This document shows, in pieces, positions 26,501 through 41,500 of a stretch of DNA of 64,000 bases. The DNA is from Antedon mediterranea (lineage: Eukaryota; Animalia; Echinodermata). The position numbers and the translations under genes are program-made. The stretch lies in contig NC_092671.1 of the NCBI RefSeq assembly GCF_964355755.1, positions 20,274,001-20,338,000 on the forward strand, in the 5' to 3' direction. A model generated the notes under the pieces. The model did not search any database. It saw only the letters and a program-made list of their open reading frames with translations, and was not told where the DNA came from. How positions within the stretch are numbered: the first letter of the stretch is position 1; every line of letters starts with the position of its first letter.

Positions 26501-29500
26501 GTTAGCAATATGGGTAATTAAAGGAACCAGTGGATCAACACATTCTTTCATCAGCCACATAGGGAGATTGTCAAGAGGACTGGATTTGGAAGGTATTTTG
26601 CTAATAATACAGCGGATATCCTCATTAATTGGAGGAAGAGGAATTGTTCAAGTGGGGAACAATTATTGTCATCATCATTAAATCTATTAATATGAAGGAT
26701 AGGAACAACATCTAAATTATCCATGATTATCAATGCGTGCCCTAATCTTAGAAATCTTACTAAAAAACTTGGCAAATTCGTTACAGAGAGTATGGTTAGA
26801 AATATTCAACGTGTGAGATGGTTTGCCTAAAAGTCCATATAAAGTCCGATACATGGTTTTAACGTCGCAATTTTCAAATGTGGACGTATACTACAATGTT
26901 TTCTCCTTCTTTATTAGTTCGATGACAAACTTTTGCTTTTCGTCGAAGATAACTTTATCCGCTAGCTGCTTCGATTTCCGCCACTTACGCTCAGCTTTCC
27001 TACGGTCAATTCTGGCGTGGTTAACATCGTCGGTAAACCACAATGGGTTTTGTGAAACTTTTTTTATGATAGTCCTTTCTGGACAATGCTTGTCTAATAC
27101 ACAGTGAATTCCTTTATTATAAAGTTTGACTTGTGTGCTAGGGTCATTAGTTGCGAGTATAGGGTAAATTTCTGCTTCGAGATCCTTTTTAAGCGACTCT
27201 ATGTATACGCCTTTAAAGCAACGCGATGTTACTGTTAATTTTGATTGTTCTGGGTTACCTGCTTGTAGGCGAAACGATATCATATTGTGATCTGATCCAT
27301 AAGTGTTAGGTGATATTACACAATTTAAAACAGCTCCGTCATCCTTTCGATTGTGACCAGATTGCTGTGTTGGACCATCTACTAGTTGGATAAAGTTGTG
27401 GTCATGGATCAGGGTAAAATATCTAGAAGTATCCCATTTATCTAGAGTGTCCACATGAACATTTATATCTCCAATAATAATAGCATTTCCGGACCAGCCA
27501 AAACTTCATGCAGAAAATTATTGAATTCTTCGATAAATGTGCAGGTTTTAAGTCCATTCCTTTGCGATGTAGGGGGCCTGTAGACTGCGACTAAACGATA
27601 CGTCTTCAATGGGTCGGTTAAGCACGCATGTTCAAATGTAGTAAAATCGGATTTAAGTGGTGAACTTACAAGTTTCAGGTACGACTTATAGATGATTAAT
27701 AATTCACCTCCATATTGATCTCACCAGAGTGAGTGGCCGAGCGGTTAAGACAGTGGAACCGTAATTACGTAGCCATAACATTGGCAAGGGTTCAAGGCTC
27801 ACTCGCTCCATGGTTCTGGTGGTAGAACGAGTCTTCTCGGATAAGGACTATAAACCGTAGGTCCAGTGTACACATAGCTCATGCGCACTTTAAAGAACCT
27901 AGTACATCTTTCGAGACGAGTAGGGTTACCCCGGTGTACTAGTCCACACAAACACAGCCACTGTCACACACAGCCACTGTGCAAATTACTCACTTGCACC
28001 ACATCCCACCAAAAGTGCTATAGTCTTCAAGTCTGAAGTTTGCACTAAATTGGAAGAAGAAGAAGGATCTGATTTGCGCAGGATATTAAAGAATGTATAT
28101 CCATCAGGTGTAATTCCTTGGTGGTTACAGAGTTGCCATTTTTAATCCATGTCTCCGTAATTACGAGTATATCCACATTAAATTCTAGAATATAATCGAA
28201 CACTGTTATTGTTTTATTACACACAGAATGCGCATTCCATAAATGAGTATTCAAATAATTTTGTTTGTGTGTTCTAATATTGCAGTCAATTGTAATGTTA
28301 GTTAAGTTCGTTGCGTGAAATGAAATGCGTGTTGGAATAGACTTAGGACTATGTTGTGTTGATTCGTTTAACTTATTCAAAGACACCACCTTGGTATCAA
28401 TGAGGGGAATATTGACGAGGGTTCAATTCGTACCTGGTACCTTGTTTCACCGATAGACCCGTCAAGAAATGACTGGCCGTATGGGTCTGCGACAGTGTCT
28501 TCCACCCCTTCTACCTCTCTGTTTAAGACACATAGTATTACTATAAACAGTCTCCGATTCACCAGCTTGGACAAAATTATCGGCGCGATTTCCTTCGTAT
28601 TGAGTTTAATTACAATTCCACAGCTGCTCGTCTGTGTTCAGTACATCTCTCCGGTTCAGGCATGTCATGCTGCGTGATTTGTATAACAATGGACGACTTG
28701 AAGTCCGGTATTTGCTGCGGCAGATTCGAATACTACTAGTACCAGATTGTTGACTCGGGCTTAGCAGAAATACATAAAAAATAAAATCACCAAATTACAG
28801 TCACAAAATCCACAAAACATCACAATGTACAAGAAACATCCAAATACGATTAAAAGCAGGAAAAATAAAATGTTTTTTTTAAAACCAAATTCAGCACAAA
28901 CGGCGACGGTTAACCATTTAGAAACACACAGAACTGGAAAATATATGTAATATATGTATAGTAAGTGCATTATGGCTAGTGCTCTATATTTTGTCAGTAT
29001 ATAAATATTCTCTTAAGATAAAAACTGTATTGTGCTTCTTATAACGGTAAATCAATATTAGCTTTCAATATATTTATTTGTAAATATGGTCAAATTAATA
29101 CATTAATGTATAACAATACATATGTAAACAAAATACATACAATATAATCAATTAATGATAAACAAAAGACCATAAATAGGGGATCAAGATTAGAAGTAAA
29201 AATACTTAGTCTCATAATGACCCCAAATAAAAAACAAACAAAAACAAAAAACAAAAAGAAAATAAACCAATATAAAATACTAAAAAACTAAAGATTGCGC
29301 AAATAATTATCAGTCATCTGACTGATACTTTGATAAACATTGCATTTTCATATTTCTTCTAAAAAGTTTAATTGATTTAACGTTAATAGTGGCTGTATCT
29401 AGGTTATTCCATTGTGTGGGACCTGAAAAAGTAATGCAAAATTGGCTTTTCCTCAGTCTTAAGGGACAAGTAATAAATTAGGTTTCCTTATGTTATATGT

Positions 29501-32500
29501 ATGGAGTAATAAGCGATTAGAAAAAAACATTGAAATCGATATAGGTAACAAATTATTGACGTACTGAAACATAAACGAAGTAACTTGAATTGTGTGAAGG
29601 TCATTAATTTTTACGATGTTTAACTTCTTAAATAGAGGTTCAGAGGGCGTTCTAAATGGCGAAAAAGTTATTAAGCAAACGACACGTTTTTGTAATATAA
29701 GAATTTTGTGTAGATTTGAAGGGTAATCGGCTGCCCAAATAATGTTGCAATATAATAAATATGGTAGAATAAACGAATTATATAAAGAAAGTAGAACATG
29801 TTGAGGAAAAAAATATCTCAGTTTGCTTATAATACCTATGTATTTAGAGATTTTATTAGAAATACGTTTTTGATGCCCAGTCCAATTTAAATTTTCATGA
29901 ATTAATTCCCCAAGAAATAAAGTTTCGCTCCGTCTTTCTAGCCTTTCACCATTTAGAAAAACATCAACATTTTTGTTTTGCAACTTATGCTTAATATGGC
30001 GATTATGAAATAGAATAAAATTTGTTTTTGAGGTATTAATTAATAGCTTATTTGTTTTGAACCAGTCACTAATCTTGCACAATTCATCATTAAATGTATT
30101 AAGTAACAAATCAATATTATTATTGGAGTAAAATAAACTAGTATCATCGGCGAAAGAGACAGTGTGCAGAGTGTCACTAACTAAAGTTAAGTCATTAACA
30201 TAAATTAAAAATAATAAAGGTCCGAGAACGGACCCTTGTGGCACACCACACAACATACTGCTCGCCGATGATTTACAATTTTCAATTTGAACATATTGTT
30301 TGCGATTGCTAAGATAAGATTTAAACCAAGAAAATGAAACACCTCTAATACCATAACAAAACAGTTTTGAAAGTAAAATATCATGGTTCACAACATCAAA
30401 AGCCTTAGATAAATCAAGAAAAGTGCTTAATAAAAATTGTTTATTTTCAAACGCAATATTAACATAATTTATAAGTTCAAGAATAGCATGACTAGTGGAA
30501 TGATTTTTACGAAATCCATATTGGTGGTTATTTAATAAATTATATTCAATAAGATATGTGTAAAGGCGAGTATGCATTAGCTTTTCTATTTTTTTTTGTG
30601 AAAAATAGAAATGGGTCTGTAATTTTTAAGTAAGTTAGTATCACCAGTTTTGAAAACAGGAATAACTTTGGCTAATTTTAGGTGATTTGATACAATTCCT
30701 GTGGTGAAGGATAAATTAATAGCATGCGTTAGGGGGTTTAGAATAAAAGGAATTACTTTTTTAAGAACTGATGGTGTTAGATAATCATGTCCTGATCCTT
30801 TATTGGAATCAAGGTTGTAAATTATATTTAACTAGATGGTACGCTCGCTTCGCTCGCGTACCATCTAGGTCGTGCCCACAGATGGTTCTCGAATACATAA
30901 TAATTTCAGCGTTAAAAAACTGGCGATTTCAAATGTACGTACCGCAGGACAATAATACATGTCGTTTACAGGAACTAATAAATAGACACTGTGATTTATG
31001 TACTGAACTAAAATTAGCACCCTGGGAATTACTTCCGAAAGAGAAACTTGTCACAAAATGAGACCAATTGTTTAAGTCAAATTTAAACAAACTTAATTTG
31101 TGTTTTGTATGTAACATTAGGGTTGAGGGATGGGAAAGAGGATGGGTGCAAAGAGGAACAATTTTTAAATATATTCTTTATCCATGTAGTAACGAAATAT
31201 TAATTGTTTTCATGTTTTACAAATAATATACCACTAAACACAGTAAAACATTGCGATGTAATACTTTGTTGAAACTATCACCGTCCTAGTCGATTGAAAT
31301 AGTATAGTACATGTAACGATACATCACTACGACGTGTATAATATGTTTATATAATGTAAAACAATTTGTGAAAACCACCCCTATTCGTGGCAAACCATAA
31401 ATTCAAGTAATAAATATTAAATTATCTAACTCAACTTAATTAGTAGGCCTAATGGGTTTCAATTGTTTCTTAGAGCCAATTCATACTTAAGTTGGTTCCT
31501 AACCCTACCCACCAAAGTTGTTCTGCGTTTAGGGCATGTGATGCACCGTAGGCCTATCCTCTACTGGCTTTACAACGCTACTCATGCCAGTGAGGGAAGG
31601 GTGATGATGTCACGTGGGTGGTTTAACTGCAATAATAAAGATTTGTACATAATATACGGCGACTGAAAACGCTAGCTCATTATCCGTTAAAAAATATCTA
31701 TATCCAACCTCTGCAGCACAGATTGAAAAAAAAAATGGATCGAATTTCTGTTATGAGTATACAGTACTTGCCTTTACGACGCCTGAGGGAATAGACACTT
31801 GTGGAACAGAGATTGGAATGTTCCATTCATTTCAAATCAATACATTTGCATAAACGTATATTAAATCTATCAAAATAGTATTTTTTTAAGAAAATCGGCC
31901 TGTCTTCAACATTATGATACTGTACTCGAGCTGTTCAACCGGTTTTCAGCTATTAAAAACAATTATCGTAGGAGGAGATAGGAAAATGCGAAGCCTCCTC
32001 GCATTTTTGTGGCGGGTATTTTTCAAGATGGACATCCATTAGACAGTGTATACCACGATCGGAAAACACCCCTATTTGGGGCAAATCGTTGAACCTAAAT
32101 TCGTTTTAATCGTCAATAACTAATTATCTAACTTAATTTAATTAGTAAACAGGGTTACATCAGGCGGTTAAAATCAGTACCGAAAGTACGAACCAACTTT
32201 ATATACCATCGAGTAAAAATTCTAAAAGTAAGGCGCGATTTACCGAATTTTGCCCTTACGTAAATTTATATATAGATACTTAAGATTCTATTACAGGGTT
32301 TATGAAGAATGAATTTGAGGATGGAGGTGGTAAATATTTAAGCAGATCAATGTTATTGTCGGGTATGGAGTTACTTGATATTTTACCTATTTCTGAAAAA
32401 TAATCATTAAAATAGTTACAAATAGAATTGTTAGGGGGTTTAGAATAAAAGGAATTACTTTTTTAAGAACTGATGGTGTTAGATAATCATGTCCTGATCC

Positions 32501-35500
32501 TTTATTGGAATCAAGGTTGTAAATTATATTTAATACTTCAGATTCTGTTACAGGGTTTATGAAGAATGAATTTGGGGATGGAGGTGGTAAATATTTAAGC
32601 GGATCAATGTTATTGTCGGGTATGGAGTTACTTGATATTTTACCTATTTCTGAAAAATAATCATTAAAATAGTTACAAATAGAATTTGTGTCATAAACAT
32701 ATTCATCTCCGATTTTCAAAACTGTCGGTCGTTTATTGGATTTTTTACCAGGATTTATCACTGAATTTATCACTTCCCATACCTTCTTAATGTTAGTTTT
32801 AACTTGATTAAATTTTTCTTCATAATATTTTTTTTGGGCTGTTCGACAAAGAGCAGTAAACAAGTTATTATATTTTTTGTATGTTCTTTTATCATGAATG
32901 TTTCGAGATTTAATGAATTGTTTATAAAGTTTATGTTTACGCTTACTGCACTTAAGAAGAGTGGGTGACATCCATGGCTGTTTGCATTTCTTTTTCTGCA
33001 TGGGTTTTTCTTTGGTGACTATGTGGTTTTGATGAACAGAAGAAAATATTTCAATAAATGTATCAAAAGAGGATTTAGTATTACAATCATATACATGGGA
33101 CCAATCAGTTTCTGAGAGATCAGAACTAAATGAATTTAAATCACGAATAAAATATGAATAATCAATAGTATTAGTGTTGGTTTGTAAATCATAATCAATT
33201 ATTTCAAAAATTGCTAAATGATCGGAAATATCGGAAATTATAATACCAGAAACGATTTCAGAATTAATATGATTTGAATAAAAATGATCAATAAGGGTTG
33301 CGCTATCTTTTGTAATTCTTGTTGGTATGGAAATAGTAGGGAAAAAAGAGTTAGATAAGATAACGTTAAGATAATTATTAATTAGATCTTTATTATGAAA
33401 TTTAATAAGGTCAATATTAAAGTCACCCATTATATTGCAGAATTTATTTTCAGAGCTTATATTGGAAAGCAGTTCATTTATTAATTTAGAGAAATTTTCA
33501 ATATTTGATTCAGGTGATTTATAAATAACGCCAATTATGGAATTTTTTTTTTATTTTTATGAACAATTTCTATAAAGAGGGAATCACATATTTCATTAGG
33601 TAATACTATATCATTTCTTATTTTAAAATTAATTAAGTTATTAACAAAAATGCCGACACCACCCCCTACTTTATTACCAAGTCGATTTTACTACATAAGA
33701 AAGTATAGTCATCTAGAAATGGGTATACTTTTCGGTCATTTAACCAAGTCTCGGAAAGACCAATGACAGAGAATTTGAGATTGATACAATGAAAAAGTTC
33801 ATTCAATTTATCAAACTTATTAGAAACACTTCTAACATTAAGATGAAAAAGAGATAAATTATTAGTGCTATTTAGTGTTTCTGTAAGTTTATTAAATTGG
33901 TCAATGTCGAAATATTTGCAATGGTCAAGAGTGGATGATCTGGAATTGATGTGGTTAATTAACATATCAGATTGTTGGTCAAATTTAAATTCATCATCTA
34001 TTATTAATGGGTTAAAATTAATATACATTTCAGAGGGTTTAAATGAAGCATTAAATACATCTACAAAATCTACCTCATAAAAAGGTAGTACAGACAAATA
34101 ATTATCCACCATTAGGTTGTTTTATATGATTTCGGTTACCAATGGAATGTATAGATATTGTAGCGTGCTATGAGAGTGTCATTTCTGGCCAACAGAGGTG
34201 CCATTCATCATAATTTAAGAGTAATATTTCCAGCCATCTAGGAGTGCTAGTGAACTAAATTCATTTCGCCACAGCCCCTCGTGGCACATGTTTATTGTGA
34301 ATATACTAGTTGAGATTTACCTACCAACTGGTTAAAATGAACATTCAATAGAAACAGGTCCATCCCAAATGATGTTACACTCATAGTGATGTTATTCAGG
34401 CCCTAGCCGGGGAAACTTGTTATGGTTCGGGAGAACCCCTTGACGTTAACATTGAACGCAAATGTTATCCTTAACCGTGTGTGTTTACTGGCCAAAAAAG
34501 TATGCTACGATCATTTGCTAATTGCAAGTGCGTCATTTCCGGCCAACTAGTTTGCTGTTATGTTTTAAAATAAGTTGATATGTAAGAAGAATATGATCTC
34601 ATATCTTGGTTGTTTGCTTGATGAAGACCTGTCTGGAGAATCTATAGTTCAAAAAGTTCTTAGTAAGACTAATTCAAGACTTAAATTTTTGTATAGACAT
34701 TCTGCATGTCTAAATTTCTTTTCTCGTAAAATTCTATGTTCGGCACTGATTACTTGTCACTTTGACTATGCATGTTGCTCCTGGTTTTACGGTGTTTCTA
34801 AAAAACTTAAACAAAGACTCCAAACCAGTCAAAATAAAGTTGCTAGGTTTATATTAAATAAAAATAATCGTGCACATATTGGTAAAGACGAGCTGAACCA
34901 AATCGGTCAATTATGTCTAGAGGATAGAATTTGCCAACTCAAACTTAATCATGTTCATAAGATTTTTTATGGAAAATCAGTACCTTATTTGACTGAAAAG
35001 TTTCAAAGAGTTTCATCTAACCACCATTATATGACTAGAAGTAGTGTCAATGGTTTTTCAGTTCCTAAATCTGATAGTCAAATATCTAAAACGTTTTATT
35101 ATACAGGCATAAAGGCATGGAATAACCTACCTCATTCCATTCAACAAATAGAAAACAAATTTAATTTTAAGAAAAATGTTAAATCACATTTCTGTTCTAC
35201 CAAATAACTTTATAAGTCAATCATAGTCTTTAATTTAACTTGTTTTTTATATTATTGTTTTTGTTATATTTACGTGTTTAATGCTATACTTTGTAATGTT
35301 TATATTTTTTATTTTAGATTGTAAAAGGATCCCAATGGAAATAAGCTGATAAGCTTTTTGGGCTATCCTGGAAAATCTTTTATAAATGTATTATTTGTAA
35401 TGTCCGTAATTTATGTTATCACTTTGTATGTATTTTTTATGATGATTTTCCAAATAAATTCAATTCAAATCAAATCAAATACAAATGTAATTACACCATA

Positions 35501-38500
35501 TTGTTTTTCTTAGGGATTTATCCGGATGCTTGCAGAATACACACCAAATACTTTAGAGAAGGCTCGTCTTCAAGAGTTATGCAGTAGGCAGGGATCATCA
35601 CAATATACACATTTTATTCGAGAGCCTAATCTTTCACTTTTAGACATTTTAAAAGCATTTCCATCATGTTGCCCACCAATAGAAAGAATACTTGAACATT
35701 TGCCAAGACTTTTACCAAGACCTTATTCGATTTCCAGGTATATTATCTGCTTTTGATTCAACCTGGGATTATTATAGTAGTCACAGGTTTCATAAAAATT
35801 TGAAATATTAGTTTTATCATTGTACCTGTTCATCTATTTTCATAACTAATCAATTTTTCCCCCAAAATATTGATTCAAATTTGATTGGTTCTAATATATA
35901 GATTCCCAATAAGATCTCAAATTGTATAATGCATCAAAAAAAGCAGTCTATCTGTTATATTGTGTAGCCTAAGCTTACATGCCTCAGCGAAGAATGAACA
36001 CGTGCAGTACGTCGCTCAGGTGCTGTGTACTGTGTAATTTTCGAATGTCTCTTACAATATTCACTCGGCAAATTTACCAATGAATTATTACGCTATCCTT
36101 TTTGTCAATTATTCTTCATCTCCACTTATTGATTTAAGTCAGCTTAAAGATGCCATATTTTAGAAATTAAGTAGGCCTAGAATCTGATTGCTACATGAGG
36201 CTGGTTGCCTGGCATGTTTGCTGAGGGGACCCAATCCAATGTAGAAATCATCTGTCACTTTATGATCATGTGTATGATCAATCACATGTTAGCATTTACT
36301 TAAGCTATGCAATATGTAAATAACAACAATAAACTAAAATTGTTATTTGTTGTCCAAAGTACAGCTATTAATTACTGCTTCGTTCCCATGCGTAACCCAT
36401 CGTAGCCTACACGTGAGGCATTTTTTTTAATGTGTGTGGAATTTTGCATCAATGTATCGGCACTAGGAGCTCATACTGTAGCTTACACCATCACTATACA
36501 GTAGTACAGAGGGTGAAGCAATGCCAAGTAAGTAAGAAAGAATGAAATCAGTTGCATTTTCTTTTATATTTTCTTCAGTTCACCACTGGTTTCTAGAAAA
36601 CATCTCAATTTTGTGTTTAATATTGTTGAAATACCATCCGGATCAGGCCGACAATATTCTCGCAAAGGTGTCTGTACTGGCTGGTTAAGTTCATCACAAA
36701 TAGATTGTAATAATAAGTCAAAGGTAAGAATGATAACAGAAAGTGGTTTTCCCCTACATTTGAACAAAGAAACATATTACATAAATTTGAACAATTTGGA
36801 ATATTTCAAATAATAATAAATGAAATGCCATAAAAAAAGTTTTTCATACATAATTTACAAATATTCTTTGTTGTTGAAATATTTACAATTTTTCTGATGA
36901 AAAGGAGTTAAAGAAGGAAATGTACAACATTTTCATATGGGGAATACAAACTAATCTTTGTTGTTGCACTATTTATCATTTTTCTGATGAAAAAAAGTAT
37001 AAATGTTTTAAAATATTTAATTATATATTTTAGAGCTGTTATCTTGCTTACATCAGATAATTAAGTGACGGCTGCCAGATAATAAGTGGCGGACACCAGA
37101 TAATAGCTCTTAAAATATAATTAACTAGTGGCCCAAACAGGCTTCCGTATTAATCAACCATGACTCTACATCAATGCAATGATGACAAATAAATCTATTG
37201 CAATACTGTTATGTACAGTAAATTACATTTAGTAAATTACCTTTCTTGTTATAAAATACAGACTCTGATTTTTATCGCTATTAGAAAAAAGCCATGCCAA
37301 GCTCCTGTGACAATGGATAGCTGCTTTATCATGCAATTCAATTTTCAGATTCCAATATATGGAAGAAAGAATTCAAGCTTCCATCTTCCCAGTGATTTAT
37401 CTATTCCAATGATTTTAATTGGAGCAGGCACAGGACTCGCTCCATTTATTGGATTTTTGCAGCACAGAGAAGCCCAGGTTAAGCAATATCAAGATCTACT
37501 TTGTGGACCAATTTGGCTTTTCTTTGGTTGCAGGCACAACGAACGGGATTACCTTTACAGGTATGATATAGTTTTTTAATTAAATACATAACTCACCTAG
37601 GTTCAGCTTTTAAATAAATTACATTTTAATATAAAATATCTAAATTTAATTTACTTTTTAACTTGACTGTGTCCAATAGTAATAACATAATCTTTGCTAT
37701 ACTTTGCCACTAAGACTCCTTACGCATATTGCAGATATTCAACTGCTTATAGATTTTAAATCCTTGCCTTCTTTATCAATAGACTATTCTATTGGAGTAT
37801 ACTACTGTTTAAATTGTTTTACCTTATTATAATATTTTGAATTTTGACAGACTATTCATTGAATAGAAGCCATAAACCAGAATACAACATAGACACTACG
37901 ATTTAGGTGGTTATTAAAACATGAAGAAATATACAATACCTCATAGGATATATTTTATACTAATATAAAAAATACAATATATTATAGTCATACTTGCTTA
38001 ATTGTTTACAATTTACTTACACTTTAAAATTCTCTGCTGCGCAAAAGGTGTGTACCCTTTGAAAATAGTACTGAAGTTCCACAGTTTAACACCCACTTTA
38101 CCCTGGAAATTCTCAATGTTGTTTTTTCACCTGATGATGTTCTAACTGCTATCAACCAGTTAAAAGAAAATTAGTGTGCTGGTCCTGACGTCTTTCATCT
38201 AAAGTATTGAAAGAATGTGGTCTAGTGCTGGCATTACCTCTATATTATTTATTTATTCTTTATTCTGCAATCACTTTCAGTACTAGTGATTTTCAAATTG
38301 GAAATATCTTAACAAACATTGTAAAGTAAAAACAAAGAGTAATCAAAATGATTAAATAGAGAAAATATACATTAAAAATATAAATCAATTTTAGAAAAGA
38401 AAACTGAAAAAAAAATTTTTTTCGGTATACACTAATATGGCTTTCTAACCCAACTTTTGGAATGTTTTCAAGATCTTCACAATGCAGCTGATGACATGAC

Positions 38501-41500
38501 AGAGATCCAGTCGTTATTTACCTCGACTGTAAAAAAGTCTTGATACTGTTCCGTATCTACGACTAATTAACAAATTAAAAAGTTATGGAATCTGCTCTTC
38601 TATCCTTCAATGGATAACTAATTTAATCTTGGTCTTTTCCTTCCTTCTCTTCCAGGATACCCCAAAAAATAGATTATTTCTCCTCGTTAGATTTTCCAAC
38701 TCATCAATTTTATTTTCTAAATCATTGATTATATGGCTGGTACTATCTTTTTGATTATGTTTTATGTCCTCATTTTCTTTAGTTACAAAAACTAGACCTT
38801 CATCTAAATCGCTAATGTTCTTTTCAATTTTTTTTTAGTTAATGCCCTGCATGTCCTCCTTACCCGACTGTACACTAACTATGTGACTTTTGGTGCATGG
38901 TCCTTTGTCTGACTTTTATCGCCTTGCAATCTCTCCGATTGTCTAACATATTGTGTTTCTGGCTTCTTTTTCTTTGAGTTGGACATTTCCAAGTACTTCT
39001 CCAGTTTTCCAGTAGAAATAATAAAATAGCACAGTCTCAACACATGTATATGAGCTCACAAAAAAGACACATCTTAGCTCTTGTGCATACCGCTATTTTT
39101 TAAATCCATTTCTGACAACGAAGCTGACCTTACAAAATGACAACAATGGAGACAGAAATGGTTACCCAAGTTTAACGAATCGAAGTGTAAAACAATGCAT
39201 TTTGATGTACAAAATCCAAATACACATATCACCTGGGGACTACAGCTCTGGAACCTGTCAATTACATGAAAGACATCGGGGTTTTTACTCGGGGTACCCG
39301 GGTCTAGGACTCGCTCATCTTCTCCTCTTCCATTTCCTCCTTCATCCGGACACTATTGAGCCAACTTTCAAGTCCTAGTTCTTTACGCGTCGTGTGACGT
39401 CTCTGAAACATGGCATGCATATACTAGGGTAATACAGTAGGTGAACAAAACTATAGAGAAAATGTTCGTACTTCAACCGGATGCAGAATTATGACGTCAT
39501 ACACATGGTACCAATCAAAAAAATTGCAATTTATAAAGTACTACTCCTCCCTTGTTGTACTGAGCTGGGATTTGGCATGGGTTAAAGGCTATAGAGCCAG
39601 ATTTTTTAATTTCAAACCGGATGCAGTCATATGACGTCTCGAGGATGGTACCTTGGTGCCAAACGATTTTCGTTGTAATATAGCCGTGTTTTTGATGTCA
39701 TTTATTTTTATTTTATTTTATTTTATTCATACTCATTCAACAGCGGGAAACCTGCCCCTTACAGAATGGAATTTCAAAGGTCTTGACTTGGAGAATAAGA
39801 ATACATACAGTAAGCACCTATTTATGATATTGTGACGTCACTTATGCTCCCGGAAATAGCAAAAAAATGGGTTATCCGTATTTGGTAGCGAGGTTATTGA
39901 TGTGTATGTGACGTTACATCCCGCCTTATGACGTCAACTTCTTTTGCTGTACCCCGAGTATCGCACATTCGTGCTTGTTGTTACACATAACCTGAAATCA
40001 ACAGTCCACACTAATAAATCTTCAGCAAATTAAAAGATTAACAGATTAAATGAACAACATGTATCACAAACTAAATACAGTAGCTAGCAAGTCAATGTAA
40101 TTCACACAGCCAATGAAAGACTACAAAATTTAGAAATTTAATTCCTACTGTACATAATCTACATTGTATTGTAAAACTTATTTTGAGTACTACTATCTAT
40201 ATATTAATGCTACTAAATTGTTCGCATAATTTTACGTATCTTTTCCAAAACCACTGAATTTTAAGGATAAACACTAAAAAAGGCAAAAAATAGCAGTAAT
40301 TTTACGTCTCAGCAACCATGTTACGTCACTGTATAAACTACACAGCCACCTCTGTTGTGTACCGCCATGGCCCGATCTACAAATATCATGCCGGGCCGCT
40401 AAATGAACAGTCTTTAGTCAACCGTATCGAATGATCGCGCCGTTGAAGTTTTAATTAATTACACCTATCCTTGGAACAGAATGTATTTTGTAAATCACGG
40501 TTTGGCTCAGTGAGCAAATCGCCAGGACCATTGATATCAATGCTTAGTATAGGTTCGAGTTTAATCCGCGACATGTGTAATAATTAAGTATCACCGTTGA
40601 AAGCTAAAAATCAAAACTAAACTGTAATGTAATTACAAAACTAGCAAAAAAGATACCAATAAATACACACCCAAAACATTTTAAAAAATGTATATGAACA
40701 AACTAAAAAAAAAACCAAAATAAAACGAATCCAAATGTCGTGTTTCCGCTAAATATAAAATATCAACAAAAAATACACCCAAATTTTGACTACATTTTTA
40801 TTCCAATAATTTGATAACATTACCTCACTTTCTGAGGCTGAAGTGAAGGAATAGTGTATAACAAACCAATGGCCGTATTTACAGTAGTTTCGAATTTTAT
40901 TTGTGATACAATTTGTTTTTATTTTAATAATTTGTCAAAGTACTTTTATCAAAGTGCGCTGTTATTATACTTGCCCATGTAAAGTATATAACAACATATT
41001 AAAGCAGAAAAAGACTGTGCGGAGCACGGGTTACTGCTAGTAATTGTTATTTCTGTATGAAATCACTGAACAAAATATATTTGTTTTTATTTTTTTTTTA
41101 TCATATAGGTCTGAACTAGAAAGATTTCATGAAGTTGGCATACTTTCAAATATTTCAGTTTCATTTTCTCGAGACAATTCAACTTCTGCACGATATGTTC
41201 AAGATAACATACTTCTACATTCTGATTCAGTATGTAAGTTGCTTCTGGAACAAAATGCTGTCGTTTATGTATGTGGGTAAGTATTTTTCCAACAACCCCT
41301 ATTACGGTGACACTTTCTCGTAAAACTATTGGCAACTATCAGCACTACAGACAACTCCTATTAGGGATACCCATACTTATGTGGTATATTTTTTTCCCTT
41401 AATGATATTCTACTGTATCAAATATAGTAGTTGAATTCAAATATTCTTGACAGCTTCCATTATGTTTGGAATTTTATATAAATACTGTAAATATGCAGAA

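Larger units (their letters stand above)
29090..34130 (-). mobile_element. CR1-group LINE ORF2 (endonuclease + RT), interrupted by a Helitron and a 257-bp duplication
   Basis: ORFs 33666-34112 (HLNVRS, SETWL), 32387-33430 (GDFNID, PTRIT, SDHL), 29459-30577 (QYGFR, DLSKAFD, GVPQGSVLGP, FADDT). Confidence 0.93.
38040..40030 (+). mobile_element. Highly degraded CR1-like RT fragments hosting two insertions
   Basis: GPD, YLD, KLKSYGI, LPKFNESKCKTMHF, KDIGV|VTHNLK pieces. Confidence 0.6.

Noticed and set aside
27722-27810. Functional tRNA gene
   Set aside because: No complete cloverleaf; continues into a SINE body with tail and TSD
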